From: an uncultured delta proteobacterium
GTDB taxonomy: Bacteria; Myxococcota; Myxococcia; Myxococcales; Myxococcaceae
Assembly (NCBI GenBank): GCA_963713045.1
Contig: CAVQKE010000007.1
Coordinates: 192,001 to 256,000, forward strand
DNA length: 64,000 nucleotides
Direction of reading: 5' to 3'
In this document: positions 31,707 through 41,999 of the stretch, piece by piece
Layout: each line of letters opens with the position of its first letter
Numbering within the stretch: the stretch's first letter is position 1
Notes under the pieces: model-generated
The model's input: only the letters and a program-made list of their open reading frames with translations
The model's database searches: none
Told to the model about the DNA's origin: nothing
Made by a program: the position numbers and the translations under genes

Positions 31707-31892
31707 TTAGAAGCCAACGGAATCACGGACTCTGCCGATACGCAGCTCAGAGCTCCGCCAGCACCCGCTGCAAATTGTGCTGATGACGCGTCGATGCGCA
31801 GTGAGAGTTTCCGCACCTCCGTGCCGAGGTGTCCTCGCCGAGGTGCGCCTAGCGCTCGGATCTGAGGCGCGGGTCTGCGTGGCGGAGCACGT
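31707..31892 (-). pseudogene. Tyrosine integrase C-terminal remnant contiguous with the att core
   Basis: VLRHADPRLRSER*AHLGED/LGTEVRKLSLRID...ERRTGFEPATPSLG; the catalytic Tyr codon reads TAG. Confidence 0.85.
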
Positions 31893-32121
31893 ATCCCGCA
31901 TCGAGCGCCCCCTGAGACGCAAGCGCAGCCCTATTACTGATCGTCGTTTGAGTTTCCTAATACGAAGGGCGTTGGCACGAAGCTGTGCTGCCTTTTGTTC
32001 GTGTCGACGAGGCTTCCCGTGATGGCATTCACTAGCTTGCTCGAGTCGGAAGCGGCGCCCAGGCCACCGCTTGTGCCTGCGCCTGGAGCGTCGACCGTAG
32101 GGTGAACCGTCGGCGAGAGGC

Positions 32122-33099
32122 TCACTTCACAGTTGAGGGAAGCATTTCCGGGGTGCCCGCGTCGGCTGGGGAGGCTCCCCGGTGAGGCACCGTCTCCTCC
32201 GCCCGCAGCGCCTCGTCCATTCGGTCGAGCCTCGCCTGGAACGACTGCAGCCGAGCTTGGATGTCGTGCAGCTTCCGGGCGACGTCAGGGAACTCCTGGG
32301 GCCCTCCGTCCCCGAAAAGCCGGGCAAAGCTCCGGTCGAGCCCAAGCGAGATTTCCTTTGCCCGCGCGTACAGCGGTGGGAAGGGTTCGCCGGGTCTGCC
32401 CGCCTGGCTCAAAGTGGCCCGCGAGACTGGCGCCGCATCGGCCCCCCCGGCGGTGTCCCGGGCGAACATGATTGCCTCAGCCTCGGACAGCCGCTGGGCG
32501 ATCCGCGACGCCTGGGCCTGTACGTTTGGAAAACCCCGCACCCCTCCGTCGGTCCCGCCGCCTAGCGCGAGCTCCGCCTCGTTCGCCCGCTGTCCGAGCT
32601 CGCCGACGCGGCGGGCGAGCTCGACGAGATCCGCGTTCAGGCTCGCGAGTTCTGCCTGCATCGACGCCCGGGCACCGGGCCGCGTAGCGGAGTCGCCTGG
32701 CACACCAAGCGCGGAGGCGACGTCTCGCGCCCGTCCAACTCCCGCGTCGAGAGCCTCCTTAAGGGCGCGTGCCAGCACCGGGACGTCGGTCAGCTCTCTC
32801 CCGTGCACGATATCCAGCCGACTGCGGATGTCGTTCTCCAACACCCGGGTGTCCTCGAGGGCTTTGCGGGCGGCGCCGAGCTCGTCGTTGACCGTGAGCT
32901 TGAGCTCCGCCAGCGCGTCGCGGAGGCCTTCCTGGGCGTGAAGTACCTCCTTCAGCAGCTTGCGCTCGGCGATGAGAAGGAGCACCAGCGCGACGACGCT
33001 GAGGAGGGCAGGCAGATGTCTGCTCCGCGCCCATGCCCAGGCATCCCGCACGCGATGGGCGAATCTTCTGACCCAGGGATCCGTCGCTTGGCCTGTCAT
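32122..33099 (-). CDS. Membrane-anchored coiled-coil hypothetical protein
   Basis: One N-terminal TM segment followed by heptad-rich helices. Confidence 0.6.
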   Translation of the reverse strand: MTGQATDPWVRRFAHRVRDAWAWARSRHLPALLSVVALVLLLIAERKLLKEVLHAQEGLRDALAELKLTVNDELGAARKALEDTRVLENDIRSRLDIVHGRELTDVPVLARALKEALDAGVGRARDVASALGVPGDSATRPGARASMQAELASLNADLVELARRVGELGQRANEAELALGGGTDGGVRGFPNVQAQASRIAQRLSEAEAIMFARDTAGGADAAPVSRATLSQAGRPGEPFPPLYARAKEISLGLDRSFARLFGDGGPQEFPDVARKLHDIQARLQSFQARLDRMDEALRAEETVPHRGASPADAGTPEMLPSTVK

Positions 33100-33289
33100 C
33101 CTGTTCCCGTTTGAGTGTGCTCGACTGCGCTGACTCTAACGGAATCGAGTCGCGCCTCGAACCATTCTTGGATCCAAGGAAGAACCAGCCGTTTACGCGC
33201 CGGAGGCACGGTACGCGCACAGCAAGAGCTCTCGCGATTGCCGGCGTTGCCCTTGCCGAGCAGCATCGAACTCGGACTTCGAACTGGCT

Positions 33290-34469
33290 CTAGTAGGCGG
33301 GGAGGGCAATCTCGTCCTTGAGGAGTGGCCGGAAGAGGAGCTCTGCGACGAACGGCAAACCCAACGCCGAGCTGAGATGGTTCTTGAGAAAGACGCTGAG
33401 CTTCGAACGAGGAGCAAAGTTGTCCACTAGGCGCGCTGCGGAACGCTGCTTGCTGGCCATGAGCTCCGCAAGACGTTGCTCGTAACGAGCGAAGGCCTGG
33501 CCCGGCTCGTCGTGCGCCCGTTTCAGCTCGCCGGCGAGGATGTACGCTCCCAGCATCGCCAGCGCCGAACCCTGCCCAGCGAGGAACGACGGAGCAAACG
33601 CCGCATCCCCGACCAGCGCTACCCGTTCGCTTGACCAGCGGTCCATCCGAATCTGGCTGACGCGGTCGAAATAGAAGGATTCAGCTCGGTCGAGCTCGGC
33701 GAGAATTTGCGGGCATTCCCACCCGGCATGCGCGAACCGTTGCCGAAGAAGCGCCTTTTGTCCGGCAACGTCGGCCGGTCCCACGGGCGACGGATGGGCC
33801 AAGATGAAGAGGAAGAGCGTTCGGTCTCCCCGGAGGCTGAAGCGATCGGACTGCTGCCCCACCTGGTTGTAGATGACATAGACGTTGTCGTCCCGGAGCT
33901 TGTAGCCAGGGAGCTCGAAGGCCGCGAACTGCATCCCGAGGTACTTTTCGAACCGGCCCATTTCGCCGAAGCTCAGGTCTCGGACCCGCGAGTGAACTCC
34001 ATCCGCTCCGACGACCAGGTTGAAGGAACGTAGCCCCGCGCGATCGAAGCGCACCTCGACCGTGGCCGGGCGCTGCTGGAGGGAGGTGATGCTGTCTCCG
34101 AAGAGCGTCTCCACCCGGCCCTCAATGGTTCCATAAATTGCAGCGGCCAGAATCTGCCCGGGGTAGGCTGAGCAGGCGCCCGCGGGTGGCGCGGCGAATG
34201 GCTTCGACCGGAATGCCACCCACGCGGTGGCCGCGCCGGTCCATCATCCGGACCTCCTGGACCAGGTAGCCCTTCTCACGAAGCAGGGGAAGCAGCCCCA
34301 TCTGTTCAGCAATGTCGAAGCCAGTGCCCCAGAAATCGATGACGTAGCCACCGGTGCGCAACTGCGGAGCGCTCTCGACCAGGGTGACATCGAAGCCGCC
34401 GTGGCGGAGCAACCAATGGGCGAGAGTCGGTCCGGCAATCCCCGCGCCCGAGATCAAGACGCTCACCAT
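33290..34469 (-). CDS. FAD-dependent monooxygenase/oxidoreductase, frameshifted near 34155
   Basis: ISGAGIAG, GGYVIDF, GADGVHSRVR, LVGDAA..GQGS. Confidence 0.85.
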
Positions 34470-34626
34470 GGGCGAAACATATCCGCACTAGCGCGGGTCG
34501 GTGCTCTATAACGAGCCCTTCCACAGGGGCGCGGGCGTTGGTGCCAGTCAGCTGACCGGGTGGTCCAGCCTGGTGCCTTCTTCGGCGGAAACCCCAGTGC
34601 AGGCCGACGAGGATGCGCTCAGGTCT

Positions 34627-34787
34627 CGCAAACGGCCGCGCAAACGCCCTTCGTGGGGCCTCCCAGAGATTCGTGGAGGCCTCGAGAACGCTGGTCTTAG
34701 GGGAGTACCGAGCCCCTCGGGCGTTTGCGAACCCCGGACGAGCTTCCCAAGCTCGGGGTCGCGGGTTCGAATCCAGTCCGCCGCTCT
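34627..34787 (+). repeat. att element: type-B arm plus tRNA-Gly core with full anticodon stem (34739-34787)
   Basis: CGAGC-TTCCCAA-GCTCG anticodon arm (CCC), GGGTC, T-arm, CCGCCGC-T. Confidence 0.93.
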
Positions 34788-35000
34788 CGTTTTCTCCTCT
34801 GGGACAGCTTCCCAGCAAGGACTTGAGGCGCTGACTCGACGTCGTCCCAAACGTCATCAGCGTGTCACAAAGGCTCAGGGTCAGGTGCTCTCAGCACCAG
34901 GGGCGACGCCTAGAAGCACCCGCGTCTTCTTGGCGCCAGCGAACCACAATGGACTGGACGAGTCCCAAGGAGGTTCCAAAAAAAAACCATCCGGGCAGCG

Positions 35001-35450
35001 CTAACCGTATGTGAGGTCTGTGCTCTGTCCGACCTCGATAATATAACCGTCGGGATCGCGGATGTAGCAGCGAATCTCGCCGTACTTGGGAATCGGCTCC
35101 GTGATGAACTCGGCCCCTCGACTTTTCCATAGTTCATAACATGCTTGAATATCTGCAACGCGGATGTTCATAAAACTGCTGATCTTGTCGGGGTCGGCGA
35201 GGACGCTGAGCGTTACCGTCGGCTTGTCCGGGGTCGGCCCGCCCCCGACGTTGACAATGAGCCACGTGTTCGCGATCTGAATGTACCCAGGGGCGCCCTC
35301 GTTGTCGCCCCGGCTCAGAATGCGACCTCCAAAGACCTTTTCGTAGTAGCGAACCGATCGCTCGATGTCGGCGACGGTGAGAAAATGCGCGACGGTGAAA
35401 CCCTCCCGCGGGGGCATCTCATAGCTCTTCTGTTCGACTTGCACGCTCAT
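35001..35450 (-). CDS. VOC/glyoxalase family protein (copy 1)
   Basis: FLTVADIERS..YEKVFG, RDPDGYIIEVGQ; paralogue at 49799-50248. Confidence 0.9.
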   Translation of the reverse strand: MSVQVEQKSYEMPPREGFTVAHFLTVADIERSVRYYEKVFGGRILSRGDNEGAPGYIQIANTWLIVNVGGGPTPDKPTVTLSVLADPDKISSFMNIRVADIQACYELWKSRGAEFITEPIPKYGEIRCYIRDPDGYIIEVGQSTDLTYG

Positions 35451-35553
35451 TGACGACTCCCATTCCGACAACGATGTCCACTCGCATATTCCGATTGTCT
35501 CTCGTTGGGAACCTCGCGGCACCAGCGCGCCCCCCACGTGAGAATGCGCTCGT

Positions 35554-35667
35554 CGAACGTCATTCCGAACGTATACCGGGGAGGGCCGGCATTGCCCCAA
35601 GCAGCGGTCTCCCGAGCGAGGAAGTGCCCCCGCCCAGGTCGAGGGTTCGAATCCCGTCCGCCGCTCT
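35554..35667 (+). repeat. att element: shortened type-A arm plus partial core
   Basis: cgaacgtcattccgaacgtatacc...ggtcgagggttcgaatcccgtccgccgctct; anticodon part deleted. Confidence 0.85.
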
Positions 35668-35760
35668 AGTCTTCGTGGGCTTCAGCCCGAGGACCTTAGA
35701 AGTAACCGGCCGTTGAGAAGAAATAAGGGCGCGCCGGCCGGTATGCAGCTTTCGCACGCT

Positions 35761-36167
35761 TCACGTCACCAGGGCTACGGCTGCGATCTCAGCGCCGTGA
35801 CCGTGCGCGCGGCCAAGTCGCGCATCGCACGTGACCACTGTGGCTCCAAGCGCTTCAGCAAGACCAACATACATCGCGTCGTAGGCCGTGAGCGCAGCAC
35901 GCATCATCCACGCCCGCACCCATCAAGTCCTGGTGTGGATATCGAATCACGGGGAACTCGGCGAGAATCGGCAAGCGCCTGTCGCGCACGGCGCTCCTTG
36001 AGTGCACCGCCTGCACAAAGGCGTCGAAGGACGTGCAACACTTCGACGTCCAGAAGGTGCGGTGCATGCAGTGTCTCGCCAGCAATGGCCAGCCTGTCCC
36101 CGACCCGCTCGCCGAGTGGGGTGTTGAGCAAAAGCTCAATGACCGCCGAGGCGTCGACAACAATCAC
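35761..36167 (-). pseudogene. vapC: VapC PIN-domain toxin, frameshifted
   Basis: MIVVDASAV, APHLLDVEV, LTAYDAMYVGLAEALGATVVTCDARL in successive frames. Confidence 0.8.
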
Positions 36168-36394
36168 AGCTTGCCCCGAGCCTCGCGCACAAGGCTCGCC
36201 GCCGATTCCTGTAGGCTTTCGCGCTCGCGGCGCAGGAGCCTGGCGCGCATCTGTCCAAGTGTCGGGCGCTCCGCTAGCTGTCGCGCTTCGCGTGCAAGCA
36301 GGTCCGAGAGCGTCATGCCCTCTTCCACCGCCCGGATTTTCAGCTTTCTATGAATCTCGTCAGGCACATTACGGATCTGAATCATCTTGGACAT
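36164..36394 (-). CDS. VapB/FitA-like ribbon-helix-helix antitoxin
   Basis: IQIRNVPDEIHRKLKIRA..GMTLS; overlaps the vapC start. Confidence 0.85.
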   Translation of the reverse strand: MSKMIQIRNVPDEIHRKLKIRAVEEGMTLSDLLAREARQLAERPTLGQMRARLLRRERESLQESAASLVREARGKL

Positions 36395-36442
36395 GCTAGT
36401 AACATGGTCGCATGTTCACAACATGTCAACGATGAGTCGCGT

Positions 36443-36572
36443 TCGAACCTCCACACGCTGGCATCAAACCTCCTCGTACCAAGGGCACAGCCAAACCCCG
36501 TGGTGACGTTCAAGAAACCCGGGCCAGCTTCCCAAGCTCGGGGTCGAGGGTTCGAACCCCGTCCGCCGCTCT
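36443..36572 (+). repeat. att element: degenerate type-A arm plus core (36527-36572)
   Basis: gccaaaccccgtggtgacgttcaagaaacccgggccagcttcccaagctcggggtcgagggttcgaaccccgtccgccgctct. Confidence 0.9.
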
Positions 36573-36622
36573 GCAAGAGACAACGCTGAACGGTGAGAGC
36601 GTCGCTAAAATGAAACGGCCCG

Positions 36623-38113
36623 CTACTTGACCACCTGAACCCCGGGCGGGCTCCAGGTGCCTTCCCCGGGCGGAAGAATGGAGGGTGGACTCGTCTTCGG
36701 CCAATACAGGCGCATCACCAGGTAGATGGGCCCATTCGGCGCGGGGAGCCAGTTGGACTCGTTGGCCTTCCCGGGTGAGTCCTTCTGGATGTAGAGCGTC
36801 AGCGAGCCTTCCTTGTTCTTCTTCATGCTCGGCAACATCGGTGCGTTGATGAGGTAGCGGTTGATGGGGTTCTCAATCAACAGCTGCGTATTGCCGTCAT
36901 ACATTGTGACTGACCAAAAGGCGTTGACCGGCGGGAGGTGCCCGGCCGCGAAGGTGAGGGTGTACTTGTGTTTGCTCCCGTCCAGCGGAGCACCGGCTGC
37001 GTCGACGGTGGTGAGCGGATAGACCGCTTCCACCGCGTCATTTCCGTAAATGCCACCTTTGGCCGCGGCGGCGCGCAGGAGCCAGTTGCCGTTGTAGAAG
37101 GCGCGGTCACCAAAAATTGCCGCCACGTTCCAGCCATTGAGGTTCTTGCCGGCGGCCTTGAGGGCCTCGTCGACCTTGTCCTCCCCGCCCTTCATGCCCA
37201 GCAGCACTTCTGCCTTGTGGGCGAGCGACAGGTCCTTGAAGTCGAACGTCTTTCCCGCGCCGATGCCGATGGTGGCCAGCTTCGCGCGGATGGCTTTCTC
37301 CTCGGGCCCGGGAGGGGCGAACTGCAGCGCGAAGGCCACGTAGTCAAAGAAGTTGGACTTGGCGAGCTCCTTGTCGATTTTGGGGAACGTCACCGCAGTC
37401 GCGGCGGGCGGAGCCGGTTGGTGGAGGAAGGCGGACAACGGCTGCGCTTGATAGCCGGCCTGAACCCTCTTCACGTTGGGGAGGTCAGCCGGGTTGAAGA
37501 GCTGAGTGCGGAAAATAGCCGCGGAGAACTGGGTGGTGGAATGAAACACCTTCTGGATGCCAGGCGGGGTCTCGCCCTTCCAGTCCGGCCCGACGACGAG
37601 GTAGGAGCCTGCTCCGCTGCCGGTCGCTCGGCTCCCGACGTAGCCAAAGTTGAACGTGTTCCCGTCGCATAGTTGCACTGAGTAGTACCGCCTCTTGTCG
37701 ACCGTCGGGACGGTGAGGACCATCGGCTCGGCGCGCAAATCCATCCAGACAAAAGAGTAAGGGGTGTCACTGTTGGGCGTGACCACCGCCGTATCCTTGT
37801 TGGTGAAGACGTTTGCCTCGTTAAAGAGCTGGTTGAAGGGCGCCTTGAATTGTCCGGAAGTCCGGTCGACCGCGTACTCGTACATGACAGCGTAGTTCAT
37901 GACGATGGGGAGGCCGTAGATGAAGCCTTCCTCTGCGATGGCCTTCGTCTCGGCGATTGAGGGACCAGGTCCAGCGTCTGGGGCCTTCTCTGCTTGCGAG
38001 ATAGTGTCGTTCGGTTTTGAGCACGCCAGCATCAACGCGCTAGCGGCCAGGACAGCAAGCACAGCGGACCGCCCACGAGCCCTAGGACTAAGACGGCCTG
38101 AAGAAAAACCCAT
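36623..38113 (-). CDS. DUF1254/DUF1214 lipoprotein
   Basis: LMLAC lipobox, VVTPNSDTPYS, PPVNAFWSVTMY, NWLPAP..MRLYWP. Confidence 0.9.
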   Translation of the reverse strand: MGFSSGRLSPRARGRSAVLAVLAASALMLACSKPNDTISQAEKAPDAGPGPSIAETKAIAEEGFIYGLPIVMNYAVMYEYAVDRTSGQFKAPFNQLFNEANVFTNKDTAVVTPNSDTPYSFVWMDLRAEPMVLTVPTVDKRRYYSVQLCDGNTFNFGYVGSRATGSGAGSYLVVGPDWKGETPPGIQKVFHSTTQFSAAIFRTQLFNPADLPNVKRVQAGYQAQPLSAFLHQPAPPAATAVTFPKIDKELAKSNFFDYVAFALQFAPPGPEEKAIRAKLATIGIGAGKTFDFKDLSLAHKAEVLLGMKGGEDKVDEALKAAGKNLNGWNVAAIFGDRAFYNGNWLLRAAAAKGGIYGNDAVEAVYPLTTVDAAGAPLDGSKHKYTLTFAAGHLPPVNAFWSVTMYDGNTQLLIENPINRYLINAPMLPSMKKNKEGSLTLYIQKDSPGKANESNWLPAPNGPIYLVMRLYWPKTSPPSILPPGEGTWSPPGVQVVK

Positions 38114-38299
38114 TTCTTTGATCTCCGTGGGCGTGGCCGGTGCCAGCGCGCACGGCCTTCTACCCGGAGCTCCCAGAGTTCAGCGAGGACTTTCTCTGCC
38201 AAGCGCGGCTAGCATGTCGTTTCGCTAAGGCCATGCTGAGCTCCGTAGCACCGACCACCCAGGCGTGGCGCCGGCGAACCGCGTCCGCAACCCGCTCGT

Positions 38300-38460
38300 C
38301 GAACGTACTTCCGAACGTACCGCTGGGAGCTTTTGCGAGGCCCGTCCTGAGGTCTTGCGGGACGGCGAAGGGTAGAGCCAAGACCCCGTGGGTACGTTCG
38401 GGAGCCCGGGGCCAACTTCCCAAGCTCGGGGTCGCGGGTTCGAATCGCGTCCGCCGCTCT
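38300..38460 (+). repeat. att element: type-A arm plus core (38416-38460)
   Basis: cgaacgtacttccgaacgtacc...ggtacgttcg...cttcccaagctcggggtcgcgggttcgaatcgcgtccgccgctct. Confidence 0.93.
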
Positions 38461-38588
38461 AGACATCCTCTTGGCGTTCACGGTCGTAACAGTTCTCGGA
38501 GCCCATCAGCGGGTGCGCCACGAAATTTCTGAGCGGCACAGGCCAACGGCATAGTGTGAAGGGTGTCCGCTGATGGCCAAGCATCGCG

Positions 38589-40208
38589 TCACGGGCCGCG
38601 ATAGGCGCGCGCGTATTTGATTTCCGTCCGGTCCCCGTCAGCACCACTGCACTGCTCGACAATCTGGGCAGTGTAACCCTTTGCCCTGGCGGCGTCCCCC
38701 GAGGCTTCGGCGGCGCGGCCGGCGCCGTAGAGCGCGGCCAACCGGTGGGGAGCGAGGCGCAGCGCCGTCTCGTACTCGAGGAGTGCATGCTTGCCATCGT
38801 GCTGCTCGAGCAACAGCTCTCCCAGAAGTTCGCGCATCGGCAGCATCGAACCGGGTGTAACGGGGTGCTTCTCTGTCGCGTCCTCGAGGTTCGCGGCAGA
38901 GCGCATCAACGTGAGCGCTTCGGACTCGTGTCCGTCGGTGTGCGCGATCCATGCCTGCAATCCCCGTCGTAGCGCTTCAATGTAGTCGCTCCAAAACGGA
39001 TCCTTGAGCTGCGCCATCTCGCGCTCGACAGTCTCCAGGGCGACCAGCTCTCTACGGGCGCCCGCCGCATCCCCGAGGCGCGCCAAGCCGTAACCGCGCG
39101 TGAAGGAGGTAAGGCCGCTCGGCCATTTCAAATTGCTCTCGTGCAGCGACGTAAGCGTCGCTGCCTCCGCCCAGTTGCGCCGCTCAAGCGCGTAGCGCGC
39201 AGGAAGCGCGGCGAAGGCGTAAGCGGTTTTCACGTTCTCCGGCTGAACCTTCTTGATCGTGCGTAGCTCATCGAGCACCTCCTTGGCGTCGCGGTCTTGC
39301 CCAAGTTGCAGATAGGCGTAGGCGAGGTAGTCCATCGCGTGCAGCTGTTCGTCCCACGCTCCGTCCATCTTCAGCTTCGCTTCGTAGTCCTTGGCCGCCC
39401 GCTCCGACGAGATATTCGAGGCAATCGAGTCGCGCCACAGCCCGAGCCGGGTGAAGATGTGCGACGGCATGTGCAGCGCGTGCGGCGCCGCGGGTGCGAT
39501 CTTGGAGTAGTTGCGCGCCGCCGACAGCCCCAGCGCCGCGAGCTCGGGGTAGTCGAAGGCATGGATGATGTAGTGCGAGGCGCCCGGGTGATCGGGCTGC
39601 GCAGTGAAAATCTGCTGGAGAAGCACCGCAGCTTTCTTCTGCCTGGCGTAGGTCTTGTCCTTCGGCGATGCCGCGGTGATCAGGGCAAGGCCGTAAAAGG
39701 CGGTCACCTCTCGGTCGTCAGAAAATCGATCGTGCAGGTCCTCCATTGCTTTCTCGTAGGCGGCGACACGTGTCGCGTTGTCGAGCGCCTCCCAGTTGCC
39801 GAAAAATGACTCGAGGGCGGCAATGAAGCCTCGCTCGCGATCGGTTTGTCGTCGTGCGGCCTTCGCCTTCTCGATCGCTGTCCAGCCGGCTCCCAGCGCG
39901 GTCGCGTCGGGCGCGTACCAGAGCGGACGCCATTGGCTCATCGCAATGCCCCAGTAGCCCATTGCACAGTCGGGGTCTTCGGCGACAATCTTCTGGAACG
40001 CCTCGATCGACGCCTCGTACCAAAACGAGTGCAGCATCGCGACGGCGCGTTCGAACGGCTTTTGCACTGACGGCTTGCACGAAATCGGAAACGTCACCGT
40101 GCCGACAGCGTTGGAAGATGAGCCCGATTCGTCGTGATGGCTATGCTCTTGAGCTAGCGCCGTGAAAGCGAGGGAAATCGCACCGGCGAAGACGATCATC
40201 GAGCGCAT
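38589..40208 (-). CDS. Secreted TPR-like helical-repeat protein
   Basis: Signal peptide, His-rich N-terminus, LHSFWY, HPGASHYIIH, HALHMPSHIF. Confidence 0.8.
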   Translation of the reverse strand: MRSMIVFAGAISLAFTALAQEHSHHDESGSSSNAVGTVTFPISCKPSVQKPFERAVAMLHSFWYEASIEAFQKIVAEDPDCAMGYWGIAMSQWRPLWYAPDATALGAGWTAIEKAKAARRQTDRERGFIAALESFFGNWEALDNATRVAAYEKAMEDLHDRFSDDREVTAFYGLALITAASPKDKTYARQKKAAVLLQQIFTAQPDHPGASHYIIHAFDYPELAALGLSAARNYSKIAPAAPHALHMPSHIFTRLGLWRDSIASNISSERAAKDYEAKLKMDGAWDEQLHAMDYLAYAYLQLGQDRDAKEVLDELRTIKKVQPENVKTAYAFAALPARYALERRNWAEAATLTSLHESNLKWPSGLTSFTRGYGLARLGDAAGARRELVALETVEREMAQLKDPFWSDYIEALRRGLQAWIAHTDGHESEALTLMRSAANLEDATEKHPVTPGSMLPMRELLGELLLEQHDGKHALLEYETALRLAPHRLAALYGAGRAAEASGDAARAKGYTAQIVEQCSGADGDRTEIKYARAYRGP

Positions 40209-40311
40209 TGGGCCGCTCTCCAAGGCAGACCAGTCATTGTTGCAGATGCCGAAGCGTGATGCTTGGGCGGACTGCAACTCAAGCGTCCATCCGGTGCAAC
40301 CGCGCGAACTC

Positions 40312-40466
40312 CGCAAACACACTCGCAAACAGACTCGGGGATGGGCCTGGCACGTCGCAGGAGCGGCTTCGAAGGCCGCCCTTCAAGGCCCCATAGGCTC
40401 TGTTTGGGACCGGGGCGAAGGCTTCCCAAGCTCGGGGGCGCGGGTTCGAATCCTGTCCGCCGCTCT
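40312..40466 (+). repeat. att element: type-D arm (CGCAAACA x2) plus core (40421-40466)
   Basis: cgcaaacacactcgcaaacag...ctgtttgg...gcttcccaagctcgggggcgcgggttcgaatcctgtccgccgctct. Confidence 0.92.
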
Positions 40467-40528
40467 CGTCGTGTCCCTAGGTCGAGTCGGGAACTCTGAA
40501 AGCAGTCTCCAATTCGTCGCTTAGCAAC

Positions 40529-41749
40529 TCAGCCGCTGTGCTCTGGCCCGGGAACCGGATGCGATGGCAGGTGCCGGGCGTAGAGGTCGATGCCGGGCAG
40601 AGCACTCAGTCCGTGGGCGAAAATACTTAAAAGCACCGTCACCATCACTGCGAGACGAATTGTCGACTCACCGGGCAGATGCACTTCTTGCTCCAGATAG
40701 ACCAAGCCGAGCACGATGGAGGCGAGTCCCCGCGGACCGAACCAACCGATGAACAGTACAGTGCCAAAGCTCAGGCGGGTACCCAGGAGCGCGATTGCAA
40801 CCGGCAGCATTCGCACCACCGTCAAGCTTAGGAACGCATAGAGCCAGAATGTTGGTCTGAATTGCGGGCAATCTTGCAGCGCGATCGCACCGAAGAGGAA
40901 GAAGACCGACAGGTTGAACACCTCGCCCCACTCCGCGGTGAACTCGATGCCGTGCCTGCCCGCATCCTTAAATCCGATCTGCACGGCAAGGCCTGCGACG
41001 AATGCTGCGATGAACATGCTTGCGCCCAGCAATTCGGACACCACGAGACAGAGTACGGGCAGGGTCACCACGGAGAGTTGTTGGAAGGACTTCGCACTCC
41101 ATTCGTGCTTGTGTGCGAGGCCGATTAAAAACCCACCACCCAGCCCACCTACGAGCCCGACGAGTACGCCAACACCAAGCTGTTCAACAATGAACTGCAT
41201 CAGGCTCGCCGCGTCGCCTTCTATTCTGGCGGCTGCGAGCGCAATGAAAAACAACAAGAATGGGACGGCGAGTCCGTCGTTGAGACCCGCCTCCACGTTG
41301 AGCGCCTGGCGGATACGCAGCGGGATCCGTGGGCTGCTGACGATAACCTGCCCTAGGCCAGCGTCGGTCGGGGCGAGTATGGCGGCCAGGATTCCTGCCT
41401 CCCAGAGACTGAGACTCGGAAACACCAGCCGCGCAGTAAGCGCACCCAGCAGGATGGTGAGCAACATACCGATACTCAGCAACCGAGCTGGCACGCTTCC
41501 GATGCTCCGCAAGTTGCGCAGGTTGGTTCGGCTCGCGTCCGTGAAAAGGAGTAGTACCAGGCCAATCTCGGCAAGACGGAGGAAGACGGAGGCACTGATC
41601 TCGGCCCTCTGTGCCAATGGCAACACCTGGAATGTTCCCATTCCTGCGACGGTGAAGGCGATGGGTGCGGTAATCACCGTCCGCTCCAGGCGCTGCGACA
41701 CAAGGCTGTAAAGCAAGAGCACCGAGACGAAGAACGCTAAAGGCACCAT
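40529..41749 (-). CDS. Cation:proton antiporter (CPA1/NhaP-like)
   Basis: LAPTDA, LNVEAGLNDG, GWFGPRGLASI. Confidence 0.9.
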   Translation of the reverse strand: MVPLAFFVSVLLLYSLVSQRLERTVITAPIAFTVAGMGTFQVLPLAQRAEISASVFLRLAEIGLVLLLFTDASRTNLRNLRSIGSVPARLLSIGMLLTILLGALTARLVFPSLSLWEAGILAAILAPTDAGLGQVIVSSPRIPLRIRQALNVEAGLNDGLAVPFLLFFIALAAARIEGDAASLMQFIVEQLGVGVLVGLVGGLGGGFLIGLAHKHEWSAKSFQQLSVVTLPVLCLVVSELLGASMFIAAFVAGLAVQIGFKDAGRHGIEFTAEWGEVFNLSVFFLFGAIALQDCPQFRPTFWLYAFLSLTVVRMLPVAIALLGTRLSFGTVLFIGWFGPRGLASIVLGLVYLEQEVHLPGESTIRLAVMVTVLLSIFAHGLSALPGIDLYARHLPSHPVPGPEHSG

Positions 41750-41999
41750 CGAGGTCTGCCCCCTTTCCCGTCGGTTCTACCCGCTCGCGCGGAGCTCCGC
41801 ATGATGGGGGAATGTACAGTTGCGACTGGCCGTCCGCGGGTAGGCGTGTGATCTCATCGGTGACCTCGTTCCGTCCCGGTGCTGAGGGGGCCGCGCGTGC
41901 CCAGGCTCGCATGCGACGTGGTTCGGGTATTGAGCGGTTGTTCGGCTCTCTCCCTTGACCCCATTGCGCTCCGCCTTCAAGGCGGATCCCATGCCGCTG

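Noticed and set aside
34700..34790. Intact tRNA-Gly gene
   Set aside because: The anticodon and T arms are present, but the upstream sequence is arm DNA with no D-arm or 5' acceptor strand, and no CCA follows. The same holds for all copies.
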